Part shown: piece by piece, positions 1 to 12,749 of the stretch | Layout of the letters: each line of letters opens with the position of its first letter | Numbering within the stretch: the stretch's first letter is position 1 | From: Chthoniobacteraceae bacterium | Lineage (GTDB): Bacteria > Verrucomicrobiota > Verrucomicrobiia > Chthoniobacterales > Chthoniobacteraceae | Length of the DNA: 64,000 bases | Reading direction: 5' to 3' | Assembly (NCBI GenBank): GCA_031409655.1 | Contig: JANNXQ010000187.1 | Coordinates: 1 to 64,000 of the forward strand | Translations under genes and position numbers: made by a program | Notes under the pieces: model-generated | What the model was told of the DNA's origin: nothing | Seen by the model: only the letters and a program-made list of their open reading frames with translations | Databases searched by the model: none

Positions 1-376
1 CCGCGCGCCATGACTCGCTTCGCGCGCAGCGCCACTCTGAAAGATGGGCCTGTGGCCAGAGTTTGGCATGGCGCGCGGAGCGACGCCATCCACCGAGGTT
101 GCGTTTTTCAACAGGCTGCTCGAGGAGGGGTTGGGGGAAACGGCTCACCTGCCTACTGGAGGGGGTGACGCCAGCGGAGACGTCCGCGTAAATCCGGTGG
201 AGCGGGTTGGTGGGCGTGTAAAGGGGTCGGTCCGTGCATACGTGCAAGAGTAGGATTTTGCGCGCACGCACGCACCGACCCCTCTCCTGCACGGGCTGTG
301 GGCGATCGACGCGGAATTTTCGGCGCGGGCACTTTTTGCGCTTTGGTCCGCCGGGGCTCGGGCGTAAAGCAGGATC

Positions 377-1606
377 ATGACTTCCCTGCGCCAGACTGTC
401 TCCGAGGTCGTCGAGCAGACGCCCGTCTTCGACATCCACACGCATCTCTACGATCCCGCCTTCGGCGAACTGCTGCTCTGGGGCATCGATGAACTGCTCA
501 CCTACCACTACCTCATCGCGGAAGGTTTCCGGTCTTTCGATGTCCCGTATGAGAAGTTTTGGGCACTAACGAAAGAACAACAGGCCGACCACATCTGGCA
601 GGCGCTCTTCCTGGAGAATTCTCCCATCTCCGAGTCCTGCCGCGGCGTGCTCACGGTGCTGAACAAGCTCGGTCTCGACGTGAACCGACGCGACCTCCCT
701 GCGCTCCGGAAATTTTTCGCCGGCTGGAAAGTGGAGGACTACATCACCAAGACTTGCGAACTGGCCAACGCGCGCAAAATCGCGATGACAAACTCGCCCT
801 TCGACGACCTCGAGCGGCCGGTCTGGGAGCGCGGCTTCCCGCGCGATCCGCGCTTCGTCGCGGCGCTGCGGATCGATCAGTTGCTCGTCGATTTCCCCGG
901 TGCCGTGCCGAAGCTCCGCGTTTGGGGCTACGAGGTCAGCGCGGATTTCTCCGGCAAGACGGCGGATGAAGTGCGGCGTTTCCTCGCGGACTGGACGAAA
1001 CGGATCGACGCGCAGTACTGCATGGTCTCGTTCGGGCCGGACTTTCAATATCCCGACGAGTCCACGACCACGAAGGTCATCGAGCGCTGCCTGATGCCGC
1101 ACGGGCGCGAGCACGGCCAGGCCTTTGCCCTGATGATCGGCGTGCGCCGCAATGTGAACCCGCAGCTCCGCCTCGCCGGCGACTCGCTCGGGCCGGCCGA
1201 TGTCGGTGCCGTCGAGCGACTCTGCGCCGCGTTTCCCGAAAATAAATTCCTCTGCACGATGCTCGCGCGGGAAAATCAGCACGCGCTCTGCGTCGCCGCC
1301 CGCAAGTTCCGCAATCTCCATGTCTTCGGCTGCTGGTGGTTCATGAACAACCCGTCGATCATCGAAGAGATCACGCGGATGCGGCTGGAACTCATCGGCC
1401 TGAGTTGCACTCCGCAGCACAGCGACTGCCGCGTGCTCGATCAACTCACGTATAAGTGGGCGCACAGCCGCCCGATCATCGCGAAAGTGCTCGGCGACAA
1501 ATACAGCGACCTCGCTGCCACCGGCTGGCAGCCGACCCGCGCGGAGATCGAGCGCGACGTGCATGGGCTCCTCGGTGGAGCGCTGGAGAAGTTCCTGGGG
1601 AAGTGA
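377..1606 (+). CDS. uxaC: Glucuronate/uronate isomerase (amidohydrolase superfamily)
   Basis: N-terminal DIHTHL metal motif, LLWGIDELLTYHYL, FGCWWF and PQHSDCRVLDQL motifs. Confidence 0.85.
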   Translation: MTSLRQTVSEVVEQTPVFDIHTHLYDPAFGELLLWGIDELLTYHYLIAEGFRSFDVPYEKFWALTKEQQADHIWQALFLENSPISESCRGVLTVLNKLGLDVNRRDLPALRKFFAGWKVEDYITKTCELANARKIAMTNSPFDDLERPVWERGFPRDPRFVAALRIDQLLVDFPGAVPKLRVWGYEVSADFSGKTADEVRRFLADWTKRIDAQYCMVSFGPDFQYPDESTTTKVIERCLMPHGREHGQAFALMIGVRRNVNPQLRLAGDSLGPADVGAVERLCAAFPENKFLCTMLARENQHALCVAARKFRNLHVFGCWWFMNNPSIIEEITRMRLELIGLSCTPQHSDCRVLDQLTYKWAHSRPIIAKVLGDKYSDLAATGWQPTRAEIERDVHGLLGGALEKFLGK

Positions 1607-1680
1607 TGAGGGATGAGGGATGAAGAAGCGGAGTTCCGCGCGGTGCCGCTTCCTCCTTCATCCTTCTGACTTCATCCTTT
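1605..1680. repeat. Heptamer inverted-repeat element, family A (GGATGAR / YTCATCC)
   Basis: gatgagggatgagggatgaag ... cttcatccttctgacttcatcc; same arms at 29851 and 46193. Confidence 0.85.
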
Positions 1681-1683
1681 CGC

Positions 1684-2580
1684 ATGCTCGCCTCGTTTCT
1701 CACCACGATCTTCTTTTCGTTCTCGGTCATCTTCGCGGCGCGGACGGCGCGGATGCTCGGGGGGCCGGCGGCGAATCTCGGGCGGATCGTGGTGGCCACA
1801 GGCTTGCTGGCGATCTGGGCGCATGGGTGGGGGCGGGGCGTGGCCGGGCCGGGGCTGCCTTGGTTTCTCCTGAGCGGGGTCATTGGGTTTGGGTTGGGGG
1901 ACATGGCGCTCTTCGGAGCCTTGCCCCGGATCGGGCCGCGGCTCGCGATCCTGCTCACGCAATGCCTGGCGACGCCGGTCGCGGCTTTCACGGAATGGGC
2001 CTGGCTCGGGACGACGCTCGGGCTGGTGGACTATCTGTGCGCTGCGGTGATCCTCGTCGGCGTGGCCCTGGCGCTGGCGCCGGATCGCGGGCTCGGAGTC
2101 GAGCGGCGGGTCTTTTGGATCGGCGTGCTTTTTGGCGTCGGTTCGGCACTCGGGCAGGCGCTCGGTGCGGTCGTTTCGCGGAAAGCTTATGCCGTTGGCG
2201 GCGCCGCGGACTTTCAGCTCGACGGTGGCACGGCCGCCTATCAGCGGATTCTCGGTGGACTATTGATGACGCTCGTCGCCTTCGCCGTACTCCGCTCCAT
2301 GCGGACTTCCGAGCCAGTGGCGGGTGGGGGCTGGCGCCGGGCCTGGCCATGGGTGATGGCGAATGCCCTCGCTGGCCCCACGATCGGCGTCGGCTGCTAC
2401 CAGTGGGCGCTCGCGACGACGCCGAGCGGCACGGTGCTGCCGATCGTCGCCACTTCACCGCTGGTCACGCTCGCACTGTCCTTTTTCCTCGAGGGGCTGC
2501 GTCCGGCCCGCCGGGCGGTCATTGGCGGCTTCATCGCGGTCGCTGGGGCGGTGGCGCTGGCGGTGACTAGAGCGCGCTAG
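1684..2580 (+). CDS. DMT/EamA family transporter
   Basis: About 10 hydrophobic segments in two repeats; LSGVIGFGLGD motif. Confidence 0.85.
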   Translation: MLASFLTTIFFSFSVIFAARTARMLGGPAANLGRIVVATGLLAIWAHGWGRGVAGPGLPWFLLSGVIGFGLGDMALFGALPRIGPRLAILLTQCLATPVAAFTEWAWLGTTLGLVDYLCAAVILVGVALALAPDRGLGVERRVFWIGVLFGVGSALGQALGAVVSRKAYAVGGAADFQLDGGTAAYQRILGGLLMTLVAFAVLRSMRTSEPVAGGGWRRAWPWVMANALAGPTIGVGCYQWALATTPSGTVLPIVATSPLVTLALSFFLEGLRPARRAVIGGFIAVAGAVALAVTRAR

Positions 2581-2605
2581 CAGCGGTGGGCAGCCGACGG
2601 GGGCG

Positions 2606-2703
2606 GAAAACGCCAAACACTAAACTTCAAAGGATGGCTCCAACCGACCGGGCAGATCGACCTTTGGCGTTTGCAGTTTGCAGTTTAAAGTTTGGTGTTT
2701 TCC
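2606..2703. repeat. Heptamer inverted-repeat element, family B (AAACNYY / RRNGTTT)
   Basis: aaacgccaaacactaaacttcaaa ... tttggcgtttgcagtttgcagtttaaagtttggtgttt. Confidence 0.85.
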
Positions 2704-2787
2704 CCCTCCCAGATGCTGCCTTCACTCCAGTCGGCACGCAGGCCTCACCTTCCGCCACCGCCAAAAAAATGACCGGGGAGAAACGCC

Positions 2788-2816
2788 TTGACCCTCTCTG
2801 GCACCCTCGGCATTGT
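2788..2816 (+). promoter_or_regulatory. Putative sigma70 promoter of rpmB
   Basis: TTGACC-N17-CATTGT; nearly the same arrangement precedes lepA (TTGACC-N17-CATAGT). Confidence 0.5.
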
Positions 2817-2844
2817 CCCGCCCCTCACTTTTCCCGCACTCCTT

Positions 2845-3105
2845 ATGAAAGTCTGCAGCATCACCCAATCGCGCCCCATCCGTGGCAACAAAATCCACCG
2901 GCGCGGTCTCGCCAAGAAAAAGGGCGGCATCGGCCAGCACATCACGAAGGTGGTGCCGCGCACCTTCGAGCCGAATCTGAAAAAGAAGCGCATCTGGGTC
3001 ACCGAACTGAAGCGCTTCGTGACAGTGAAGCTCACGGCGCGGGCGCTTAAAACCGTGACGAAAAACGGCGCCTATGCCACGCTCAAGGGCGCGGGCGTTA
3101 TTTAA
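2845..3105 (+). CDS. rpmB: 50S ribosomal protein L28
   Basis: MKVCSIT...RRGLAKKKGGIG...RTFEPNL; ATG at 2845. Confidence 0.95.
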   Translation: MKVCSITQSRPIRGNKIHRRGLAKKKGGIGQHITKVVPRTFEPNLKKKRIWVTELKRFVTVKLTARALKTVTKNGAYATLKGAGVI

Positions 3106-3158
3106 GGCGTCGCCGGCGGAAATCCCCGTCGCTCATTCACCCTTCCATCCCCACTCCC

Positions 3159-3362
3159 ATGGCTCTCAGCGTTGTCAGCAATAAGTCGAGCAAGACCTAC
3201 TTCCTCCACGAGCGCCGCCAGGAACTCAAGGGCGGTCAGGTCGTGACCCTCTACTACTTCGCCGGGGAAGCCGGGACCGGCGCCATCGACGCCCTTCCCG
3301 CCGGCTACGAGGTCTCGGAGAATACCAAGACTGGCCTGCCGCTCCTGAAAAAGAAGCGGTAG
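3159..3362 (+). CDS. Small hypothetical protein (67 aa)
   Basis: Host-like codon use, directly downstream of rpmB; KTYFLH...YYFA...LPAGYEVSEN.KTGLPLLKK. Confidence 0.75.
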   Translation: MALSVVSNKSSKTYFLHERRQELKGGQVVTLYYFAGEAGTGAIDALPAGYEVSENTKTGLPLLKKKR

Positions 3363-3387
3363 CGCACAGCGGCAAAATCAATCTCCG

Positions 3388-3426
3388 ACAGGCGATCCGG
3401 TTCCCTCCGAGTCGCCTGTTTGCTTT
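3388..3426 (+). terminator. Possible terminator hairpin after rpmB operon
   Basis: acaggcga ... tcgcctgt stem followed by ttgcttt. Confidence 0.35.
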
Positions 3427-3574
3427 CCGGGCGAGCCGCTGGTCTCATCCCCCTGCTTTCTGTAGCGCCGAAATCGAGATAAGGATGAGCAGGACCAAAG
3501 CTCACCCAAACATGTGAGCGACTAAGTTCGGAACGGCGTTACGGTCGGAAATACACCGTTTGCGCTCATCGCCC

Positions 3575-6724
<3,150 letters not shown>

Positions 6725-6752
6725 CCCAGGCAGTCCCCTCAACCGCTTCACC

Positions 6753-8186
6753 ATGAGTCCCGATCTCACCTTCCTCACCAATCGCCGTCACTTCCTGAGC
6801 CGCTTCGGTATGGGCCTCGGTGCCATGGCGCTGGCGGACCTGCTTCCGCGCGAGGCGGGTGCTGCTTCCACGGCCGATCACGGGGTGCTCGGGCAGCCGC
6901 ATTTTCCGCCGAAGGCGAAGCGCATCATCTACCTCTTCATGTCCGGCGGGCCCTCGCAGCTCGATCTCCTCGACTACAAGCCGATGCTCAACGAGCGCCA
7001 CGGCGAGCAGCTCCCGGATTCCGTGCGCGGCGGCCAGCGGCTCACCGGCATGTCCGGCAATCAATCCTCGATCCCGCTCGTCGGCTCGCCGTTCAAGTTT
7101 GCGCAGCATGGCCAGGCGGGCGGGTGGTACAGCGATTTGCTCCCATACACCGCGGGCATCGCGGATGATTTGTGCGTCGTGAAGTCGATGTTCACCGAGG
7201 CGATCAATCACGGCCCCGGGGTCACGTTTCTCCAGACCGGCTCACAGATTCCCGGTCGCCCGAGCATGGGCTCGTGGCTGAGCTACGGCCTCGGGCAAGA
7301 GAACGCAAACCTGCCGTCGTTCGTCGTGCTGATCACCAAAGACAAAGGCGGGCAGCCGCTCGGCGCGCATCTGTGGGGCGCCGGGTTTCTGCCTCCGAAA
7401 CTGCAAGGCGTGCTCTTCCGCGCCGCGAAGGACCCGGTACTTTACCTCGGAAATCCGGACGGCGTGAGCGCCGAGAGCCGCCGACTGCTACTCGATCGTT
7501 TGCGGGAGCTGCACGAGCATCAATTCGCCGGCACGCCCGACGCAGAGATTCAGGGCCGCATCGACCAATACGAGATGGCCTATCGCATGCAGACGAGCAT
7601 CCCTGACGTCAGCGACCTTTCTGGCGAATCCGCCGAGACGCTCGCGTCATACGGCCCTGATGTGAAAAGGCCAGGCACCTTCGCGGCGAACTGCCTGCTC
7701 GCACGCCGCCTGGCCGAGAAAGGCGTGCGCTTCATCCAGCTCTATCATCAGGACTGGGATCACCACGGCGGCTTGCCGGGCGCCTTACCGAAGCTCTGCA
7801 AGGAGACCGATCAACCCGCGGCCGCGCTGGTCAAAGATCTCAAGCAACGCGGTTTGCTCGACGACACCCTCGTGGTCTGGGGCGGAGAATTCGGGCGCAC
7901 GAATTACTGCCAGGGAAAGATCCAGCCAAACTTTGGCCGCGATCATCACCCCCGCTGCTTCAGTGTGTGGATGGCGGGTGGCGGAGTGAAAGCTGGCAGC
8001 GTCTTTGGCGAGACCGACGAGTTTGGCTACAACGTCGTCAGCGACGGCGTCCACATCCACGACTTCCACGCGACGCTGCTCCATCTCCTCGGCATCGACC
8101 ACGAGCGGCTCACCTACAAATTCCAAGGCCGCCGCTACCGCCTCACCGACGTCCACGGCAAACTCGTGAAAGGTCTCGTCGCCTAG
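6753..8186 (+). CDS. DUF1501 domain protein (Tat-type signal)
   Basis: NRRHFL twin-Arg, LFMSGGPSQLD, WGGEFGRT, GRDHHP; usual partner of DUF1553. Confidence 0.92.
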   Translation: MSPDLTFLTNRRHFLSRFGMGLGAMALADLLPREAGAASTADHGVLGQPHFPPKAKRIIYLFMSGGPSQLDLLDYKPMLNERHGEQLPDSVRGGQRLTGMSGNQSSIPLVGSPFKFAQHGQAGGWYSDLLPYTAGIADDLCVVKSMFTEAINHGPGVTFLQTGSQIPGRPSMGSWLSYGLGQENANLPSFVVLITKDKGGQPLGAHLWGAGFLPPKLQGVLFRAAKDPVLYLGNPDGVSAESRRLLLDRLRELHEHQFAGTPDAEIQGRIDQYEMAYRMQTSIPDVSDLSGESAETLASYGPDVKRPGTFAANCLLARRLAEKGVRFIQLYHQDWDHHGGLPGALPKLCKETDQPAAALVKDLKQRGLLDDTLVVWGGEFGRTNYCQGKIQPNFGRDHHPRCFSVWMAGGGVKAGSVFGETDEFGYNVVSDGVHIHDFHATLLHLLGIDHERLTYKFQGRRYRLTDVHGKLVKGLVA

Positions 8187-8199
8187 GTGGGAGCCGAAA

Positions 8200-8260
8200 C
8201 CAAGGAATAAGGGCGCCCTCGCCCCGAGGAGCAACTCGGGGCGAGGGCGCCCCTACTCCT
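8200..8260. repeat. REP doublet (REPIN), GTAG family
   Basis: ccaaggaataagggcgccctcgccccgag-gagcaa-ctcggggcgagggcgcccctactcct. Confidence 0.9.
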
Positions 8261-8294
8261 CGATCTCGCCGCGCACCTCGGGCCCGGGCCGATC

Positions 8295-8873
8295 TCAGAA
8301 CGTGGGTTCGATGAGTCCGAAGCCTTCCGCTTTGCGCCGGTAGAGGATGTTAATCTTCTCGGTCTTCGCATTCAGGAAGACGACGAACTGCCGAGCGCTC
8401 ATCTCGAGCTGGAGCACGGCTTCATCGACGAACATCGGCTTGACCGGGTAACGCTCCGTCTGGATGACCAGCGGCTCGGATTCCTCGATCTGCTCGAAGG
8501 CTTCGCCGACGGAAAGCACGGTCTCGTCGAAATGCTGGACGTGATTGTCTTTCCGCGGGCGATGGCTGCGCAGGATCTTCGTCTTGTACTTCCGCATCTG
8601 CCGCGCGACCTTTGAGGCGACCGCATCGATCGAAGCATACATGTCGTCGGTCTCCTCGCTGGCTTCGATGGTGATGTGGTTGTTGCAGTGCAGGATGACT
8701 TCCGCAAAGTGCCGATGTTTCTCCACGTCGAGGATCACGTGCGCCTCGATGATCCGCGGGTAGTCGAGGTGCAGGTGTTCGATCTTGTTCACCGCGTAGT
8801 TCTTGATGGCCTCAGTGATGCTCACATGGCGGCCGGTGACTTTTACGGGGACGTTGACGTTGGCGACTTGCAT
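8295..8873 (-). CDS. hpf: Ribosome hibernation promoting factor, long form
   Basis: VTGRHVSITEAIKNYA, DMYASID..KVARQMRKYK, C-terminal KPMFVDEAVLQL; ATG at 8873. Confidence 0.92.
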   Translation of the reverse strand: MQVANVNVPVKVTGRHVSITEAIKNYAVNKIEHLHLDYPRIIEAHVILDVEKHRHFAEVILHCNNHITIEASEETDDMYASIDAVASKVARQMRKYKTKILRSHRPRKDNHVQHFDETVLSVGEAFEQIEESEPLVIQTERYPVKPMFVDEAVLQLEMSARQFVVFLNAKTEKINILYRRKAEGFGLIEPTF

Positions 8874-8934
8874 AGGTCTGGGTTCGGTTACTGGTTTTTT
8901 GGTTTCGTTACTCCCGGCAAACACCGGGCGTGGC

Positions 8935-9693
8935 TTACATCTGAAAATCTTCGCCGAGATAGACCCGGCGGGCGGTGGGATCGTTGATGAGGTAATCGCG
9001 CGGCCCCTCGACCACGACCTGCCCTTCGAAGAGCAGATACGCGCGATCCACGATGGAAAGCGTCTCGCGCACATTGTGATCGGTGATGACGATCGCGAGG
9101 CCAAGGTCGCGCAGATTCGCGATAATCTGCTGCACGTCGGCCACGGCGATCGGATCGACGCCGCTGAAGGGCTCGTCGAGCATGATCATGCTCGGATTGG
9201 TAACGAGCGAACGGGCGATGGTCAGCCGGCGCTTTTCACCACCGGAGAGCGTGAGGGCGAGTTGTTTCGCCACGTTCTCGATGCCAAACTGCGTCAGCAG
9301 TTCCGCGCAGCGCTGTTTGCGTTCCTTGCGCTTGAGTGGCGTGGTCTCGAGGATTGCCATCAAGTTCTCCTCGACGGTGAGCTTGCGAAAAATGGACTCC
9401 TCCTGCGGCAGGTAACCCATGCCCATCCGCGCGCGCTTGTGCATCGGGTAGTCGGTCACGTCCTTATCGTGAAAGAAAACACGCCCGCCATTGGGCCTCA
9501 CAAGGCCAACGATCATGTAAAAGCTCGTCGTCTTCCCGGCACCGTTTGGCCCGAGCAATCCGACGACTTCACCGCGCTTCACGTCGATGTTCACACTATT
9601 GACCACCGTGCGCCCGCCGTACTCTTTCACGAGCTTTTCCGTCCGCATGACGGGCTTGCCGTCTTTCACCGGGGGAGGATCAATGAGGATCAC
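8935..9693 (-). CDS. lptB: LPS export ABC transporter ATP-binding protein
   Basis: GLLGPNGAGKTT, GYLPQEESIFRKL, LSGGEKRR, LDEPFSGVDP; GTG start overlaps lptA stop (start uncertain). Confidence 0.95.
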   Translation of the reverse strand: MILIDPPPVKDGKPVMRTEKLVKEYGGRTVVNSVNIDVKRGEVVGLLGPNGAGKTTSFYMIVGLVRPNGGRVFFHDKDVTDYPMHKRARMGMGYLPQEESIFRKLTVEENLMAILETTPLKRKERKQRCAELLTQFGIENVAKQLALTLSGGEKRRLTIARSLVTNPSMIMLDEPFSGVDPIAVADVQQIIANLRDLGLAIVITDHNVRETLSIVDRAYLLFEGQVVVEGPRDYLINDPTARRVYLGEDFQM

Positions 9694-10451
9694 GGTTTTT
9701 TCTCCAGGTCGGCTTTCTCTGAGATGATTGTTTTGTTTGGCCCATCGACGCTCATATTTCGATCGCGGTTGAGGGTCATGATGGTCGCATCGGATGTCGC
9801 CTCGCACTGATTCATTCCCTGGTGAACGATGGGTCGCCCTTTCAAAATAATGTCGCCGGTCAACGCATTGTAGTCCGCGGTTTTCGCTTTCGCCGTGCTC
9901 CGCGAGGTCTTGCCGTCGGCTTCGAGTTTTTCCTGCACGATGTTCACATTGCCTTCCGCGACGGCGCGATCCAAGCCGCCTTTTTTCTGGGTGCCAGGCT
10001 TGGCTTCTGTCGTGGCCTTCGGCGCGGCGGGTTTTGCGGCCGCATCCGCAGGTGGCCCACTTTTGAGGTAGGCGGTGAGTTTGTCGCAGGTGAGATAAAA
10101 TTCCGGGTCATTCACGACCACGTTGCCGGTGAAAATCGCCAGGTGCTTGCGGTTGTCGAAGGTCGCTTTCTCCGCCGTGATTTCCGTCGGGCCTTTGCTC
10201 TTTTTCGGAATTTCCACGGCCGCAGCCGTCGCGTCAGGCGTCGGCGCCGCGTTCGCCGGGTTCACCGCCACGGCCCGCGGGACGGGCGCGGCATACTGCA
10301 GGGGGCCCGTCGCGTCGATCCGCTCGATTTGCTCGAGCAGACCGGACTCCGCGATCGGTCGCTTGAGAGCATCCTGAGCCGGGCTCTGGGAGCGGAGAGG
10401 GAGCGGCATGACGGCCGCTGCGAGGGCCCCGAGGAGCGCGATCCTACGCAC
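9690..10451 (-). CDS. lptA: LptA/OstA family LPS transport protein
   Basis: EITAEKATFD..AIFTGNVVV..LTCDKL..AVAEGNV; position in lpt operon; start uncertain. Confidence 0.8.
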   Translation of the reverse strand: MRRIALLGALAAAVMPLPLRSQSPAQDALKRPIAESGLLEQIERIDATGPLQYAAPVPRAVAVNPANAAPTPDATAAAVEIPKKSKGPTEITAEKATFDNRKHLAIFTGNVVVNDPEFYLTCDKLTAYLKSGPPADAAAKPAAPKATTEAKPGTQKKGGLDRAVAEGNVNIVQEKLEADGKTSRSTAKAKTADYNALTGDIILKGRPIVHQGMNQCEATSDATIMTLNRDRNMSVDGPNKTIISEKADLEKKP

Positions 10452-11067
10452 CGGGTTTTGGTTCTTCCTTGGGTTTCGCGGGCTCGTCGGAATTGATTTC
10501 ATTGGCGATATTATAAATCAGCATGCGGACGTTACCCTTGATCGTGCCCTGTTTGGAAATGGTGTCGAAAACCATGCCGTCGCCCGTGAGTTCAAAGTCG
10601 TCGCGGGTGATCTGCACATGCTTCTCGGTGCTGATGACCCGCGTGGTCAGATTGATCTGAGAAACCGGCAGGTCGATCGTCATCTCGGGTTTTGAGTCCT
10701 CGTCGTAGGTTTCGATCGTCAGCCCGCCCATTTCGACGTGATCAGCGTCCACCCGCTGCGCCGTGCCGACCGAAAAGCTCATCGTCTTGCGCGCCGTGCC
10801 ATCGAGGTACGGGATCGTGAGCCCTTTTCCCCCATGCCCGATCGGCAGCGGAAAAGGCATCCGGCGCGACTCCTTTTCCGCTTCTTCCGCGCTGCCCTTT
10901 TTCTCCTTGTCGGCCTTGCTCTTGGCTTTGCTTTTACCGTCTTTTGCCTGCGCCTCGGGCTTTTCTTTGTCCCGAGATTTTTTCTTCCCACCCTGTTCCT
11001 GCGACTCCGCGCCGAGTGCGACGACGACGCAGCCGGCAACGAGAAGGAGTTTACGAAACGATTGCAT
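10444..11067 (-). CDS. lptC: LptC-like LPS export periplasmic protein
   Basis: Signal/anchor, beta-jellyroll-like C-terminus (ELTGDGMVFD...IKGNVRM), between kdsA and lptA. Confidence 0.7.
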   Translation of the reverse strand: MQSFRKLLLVAGCVVVALGAESQEQGGKKKSRDKEKPEAQAKDGKSKAKSKADKEKKGSAEEAEKESRRMPFPLPIGHGGKGLTIPYLDGTARKTMSFSVGTAQRVDADHVEMGGLTIETYDEDSKPEMTIDLPVSQINLTTRVISTEKHVQITRDDFELTGDGMVFDTISKQGTIKGNVRMLIYNIANEINSDEPAKPKEEPKPGA

Positions 11068-11875
11068 GAATCTCACGTAATTGTTGGAGCAAACGGGGCA
11101 ATTGCGCGAGCGGAATTTGGTTCGGCCCATCCGAAAGCGCGCGGGAGGGATCTTCATGCGTCTCGATGAAAATACCATCGCAACCTGCGGCCGCCGCGGC
11201 GCGCGCGAGCACGGGCGCGAGCACGCCGTCGCCACTGGTCGTGTCACCGCCGCCGCCGGGGCGCTGCACGGAGTGCGTGGCGTCGAAGACCGTGCGGTAG
11301 CCGAGTTCGCGCATCCAGTAGAGCGAGCGCATGTCGGCCACGAGATTGTTGTAGCCGAAGCTCACCCCGCGCTCGGTGAAGAAGAAGCGGTCATTGCCGA
11401 AGACGGCGAGCTTTTCGGCGATGTTGCGCACGCCCCATGGCGCCAGGAATTGGCCCTTCTTCACATTGACCACGCGCCCGGTTTCGGCCGCCGCCTGAAT
11501 CAAATCTGTCTGGCGACAAAGAAAGGCGGGGATCTGGAGGATATCGATGAACTCCGCGGCGATGCGCGCTTCCTCGGGCGAATGCACGTCGGTGGTGACG
11601 GGCACGCCGAGTTCGCTGCCAACCGTCGCCAGCAACGCACACCCCTCGCGCACCCCGAGCCCGCGGAATGATTTTACGGAGGTGCGGTTTGCCTTGTCGT
11701 AGCTGGCTTTGAAAACGAACTGCTGATCCGTCCCTGCGCAGATTTCCTTCAGCGCGTGAGCCATCTTCCAGACAAAGTCCTCACTCTCGATCACACAGGG
11801 TCCGAGGATGAAAAGTGGGCGCGGTCCACCGAGGGTGACGGAGCCGATCTGAAGTGGTGAGGGGAGCGACGGCAT
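11051..11875 (-). CDS. kdsA: KDO 8-phosphate synthase
   Basis: GPCVIESE, KASYDKANRTS, QIPAFLCRQTDL, KKGQFLAP, FDATHSVQRPGG. Confidence 0.97.
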   Translation of the reverse strand: MPSLPSPLQIGSVTLGGPRPLFILGPCVIESEDFVWKMAHALKEICAGTDQQFVFKASYDKANRTSVKSFRGLGVREGCALLATVGSELGVPVTTDVHSPEEARIAAEFIDILQIPAFLCRQTDLIQAAAETGRVVNVKKGQFLAPWGVRNIAEKLAVFGNDRFFFTERGVSFGYNNLVADMRSLYWMRELGYRTVFDATHSVQRPGGGGDTTSGDGVLAPVLARAAAAAGCDGIFIETHEDPSRALSDGPNQIPLAQLPRLLQQLREIHAIVS

Positions 11876-12067
11876 GGGGAAGTGCTGACGATCATCGTCT
11901 GCTTCGCGCGCAGCGTCAGCATCAATTCCCTTCCGGCCGAGGTCTCAAAATCACGAACTGCGAACGGCGCGGTAACGAAGCCATAACACTGCTGGGCGAT
12001 CCTGCTGACGTGAGGCCACCGCACTCCGCGGCGGCCGAACGCAACAAAACCAAAACAGCCTCCCACT

Positions 12068-12739
12068 ATGAGAAAACATCCCCACCGCTCCACAGCCTTC
12101 ACGCTCATCGAACTACTCGTCGTCCTCAGCATCATCGCGATCCTCGCCGGGATCGCGATGCCGGTTTACAACAACGCGATGCGGAACGCAAAAATGAGCG
12201 CCTCCGTGGTCAATGCGCGCTCCATCGCCGTGGCGCTCCGGATGTTCGCCGAAGACAACGGCGGCGTCTTTCCCACGGACAAAAACGCCTACGGCGACGC
12301 GATCACCACCTCGAACGACGCCTTCCGCGGCCTCATCCCGACGTATTGCGACAATGAACAAATCTTCGCCGTCGCAGGGTCCAAGGCGGGGCCGAAGGCT
12401 GATGGGCGCATCGGAAGTCCGACGGAAATTCTCGCCCGCGGCGAAAACCATTTTGCGCTCGTGGCCGGGCTCGGCACCACGTCCACTTCCACCTGGCCGC
12501 TGATCGTGGATCACACGAATGGTTCCGGCCGCTACGTGACCGATGAAACCGCGCTCGGCGGCACCTGGCGCGGGACCCACGCGCTGGTCATTCGCTGCGA
12601 TGGGAGTGCGGGAAAAGTGCGCCTCCTCGGCACCGGAGAGACGCGCTACCTGCCGCGGCACGACGAACAGAGCAAGAGCGCCCTGGACGTGGCTGACTAC
12701 ATGGGCGCAAACGCCCGCCTGCTCGAACCCGCGCTCTAA
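12068..12739 (+). CDS. Prepilin-type N-terminal cleavage/methylation protein
   Basis: AFTLIELLVVLSIIAILAGIAMP. Confidence 0.85.
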   Translation: MRKHPHRSTAFTLIELLVVLSIIAILAGIAMPVYNNAMRNAKMSASVVNARSIAVALRMFAEDNGGVFPTDKNAYGDAITTSNDAFRGLIPTYCDNEQIFAVAGSKAGPKADGRIGSPTEILARGENHFALVAGLGTTSTSTWPLIVDHTNGSGRYVTDETALGGTWRGTHALVIRCDGSAGKVRLLGTGETRYLPRHDEQSKSALDVADYMGANARLLEPAL

Positions 12740-12749
12740 GGTCGCGCCC

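Noticed and set aside
1..376. Short ORFs at the window start
   Set aside because: No recognisable coding signal; context is cut off by the window edge.
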